The notes under the pieces are model-generated. The model saw nothing but the letters and a program-made list of their open reading frames with translations. It made no database searches and was not told where the DNA came from. Below, piece by piece: positions 63,980 to 64,000 of a stretch of DNA of 64,000 nucleotides. Position 1 is the first letter of the stretch; the number at the start of each line of letters is the position of its first letter. Made by a program: the position numbers and the translations under genes. This DNA is from Ginglymostoma cirratum (Eukaryota). The stretch is taken from assembly GCA_024137785.1 (NCBI GenBank), contig JAHRHZ010000032.1, positions 10,343,106 to 10,407,105 on the forward strand, given 5' to 3'.

Positions 63980-64000
63980 GTATGTGTTCTGATTAGATTT

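Noticed and set aside
1-64000. CRISPR arrays, operons, prokaryotic defence systems, rRNA genes
   Set aside because: No regularly spaced repeats or prokaryotic gene density; the window is a spliced vertebrate gene with transposon-rich introns.

Overview
This is eukaryotic (vertebrate) DNA, not a prokaryotic window. The repeat content (HE1-type tRNA SINEs, CR1/HER1-type LINEs, Penelope-like elements) points to a shark or ray. The window carries almost all of a BCL6 corepressor gene (BCOR) on the + strand. I reconstructed 13 coding exons, equivalent to human exons 2-14, from the ATG at 7630 to a donor after 63979: 5150 nt of frame-consistent coding sequence. The non-coding exon 1 was not identified, and the last exon (rest of the PUFD domain) lies beyond the right edge. 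Introns are filled with decayed retroelements, and nearly all short ORFs in the track are spurious or transposon fragments. I see no evidence for a wholly new multi-gene system. The most interesting signals are: (i) a GC-AG donor at exon 6 competing with an internal GTAAGT donor that would truncate the protein; (ii) a candidate extra 78-nt symmetric cassette exon in intron 6; (iii) apparent conservation of the 102-nt alternative acceptor that controls the AF9/ENL-binding motif; (iv) Penelope-derived palindromes carrying minimal hammerhead ribozyme motifs inside the pre-mRNA. Human comparisons and repeat family names come from recall, not from a database search. Repeat boundaries are approximate unless a target-site duplication is given.
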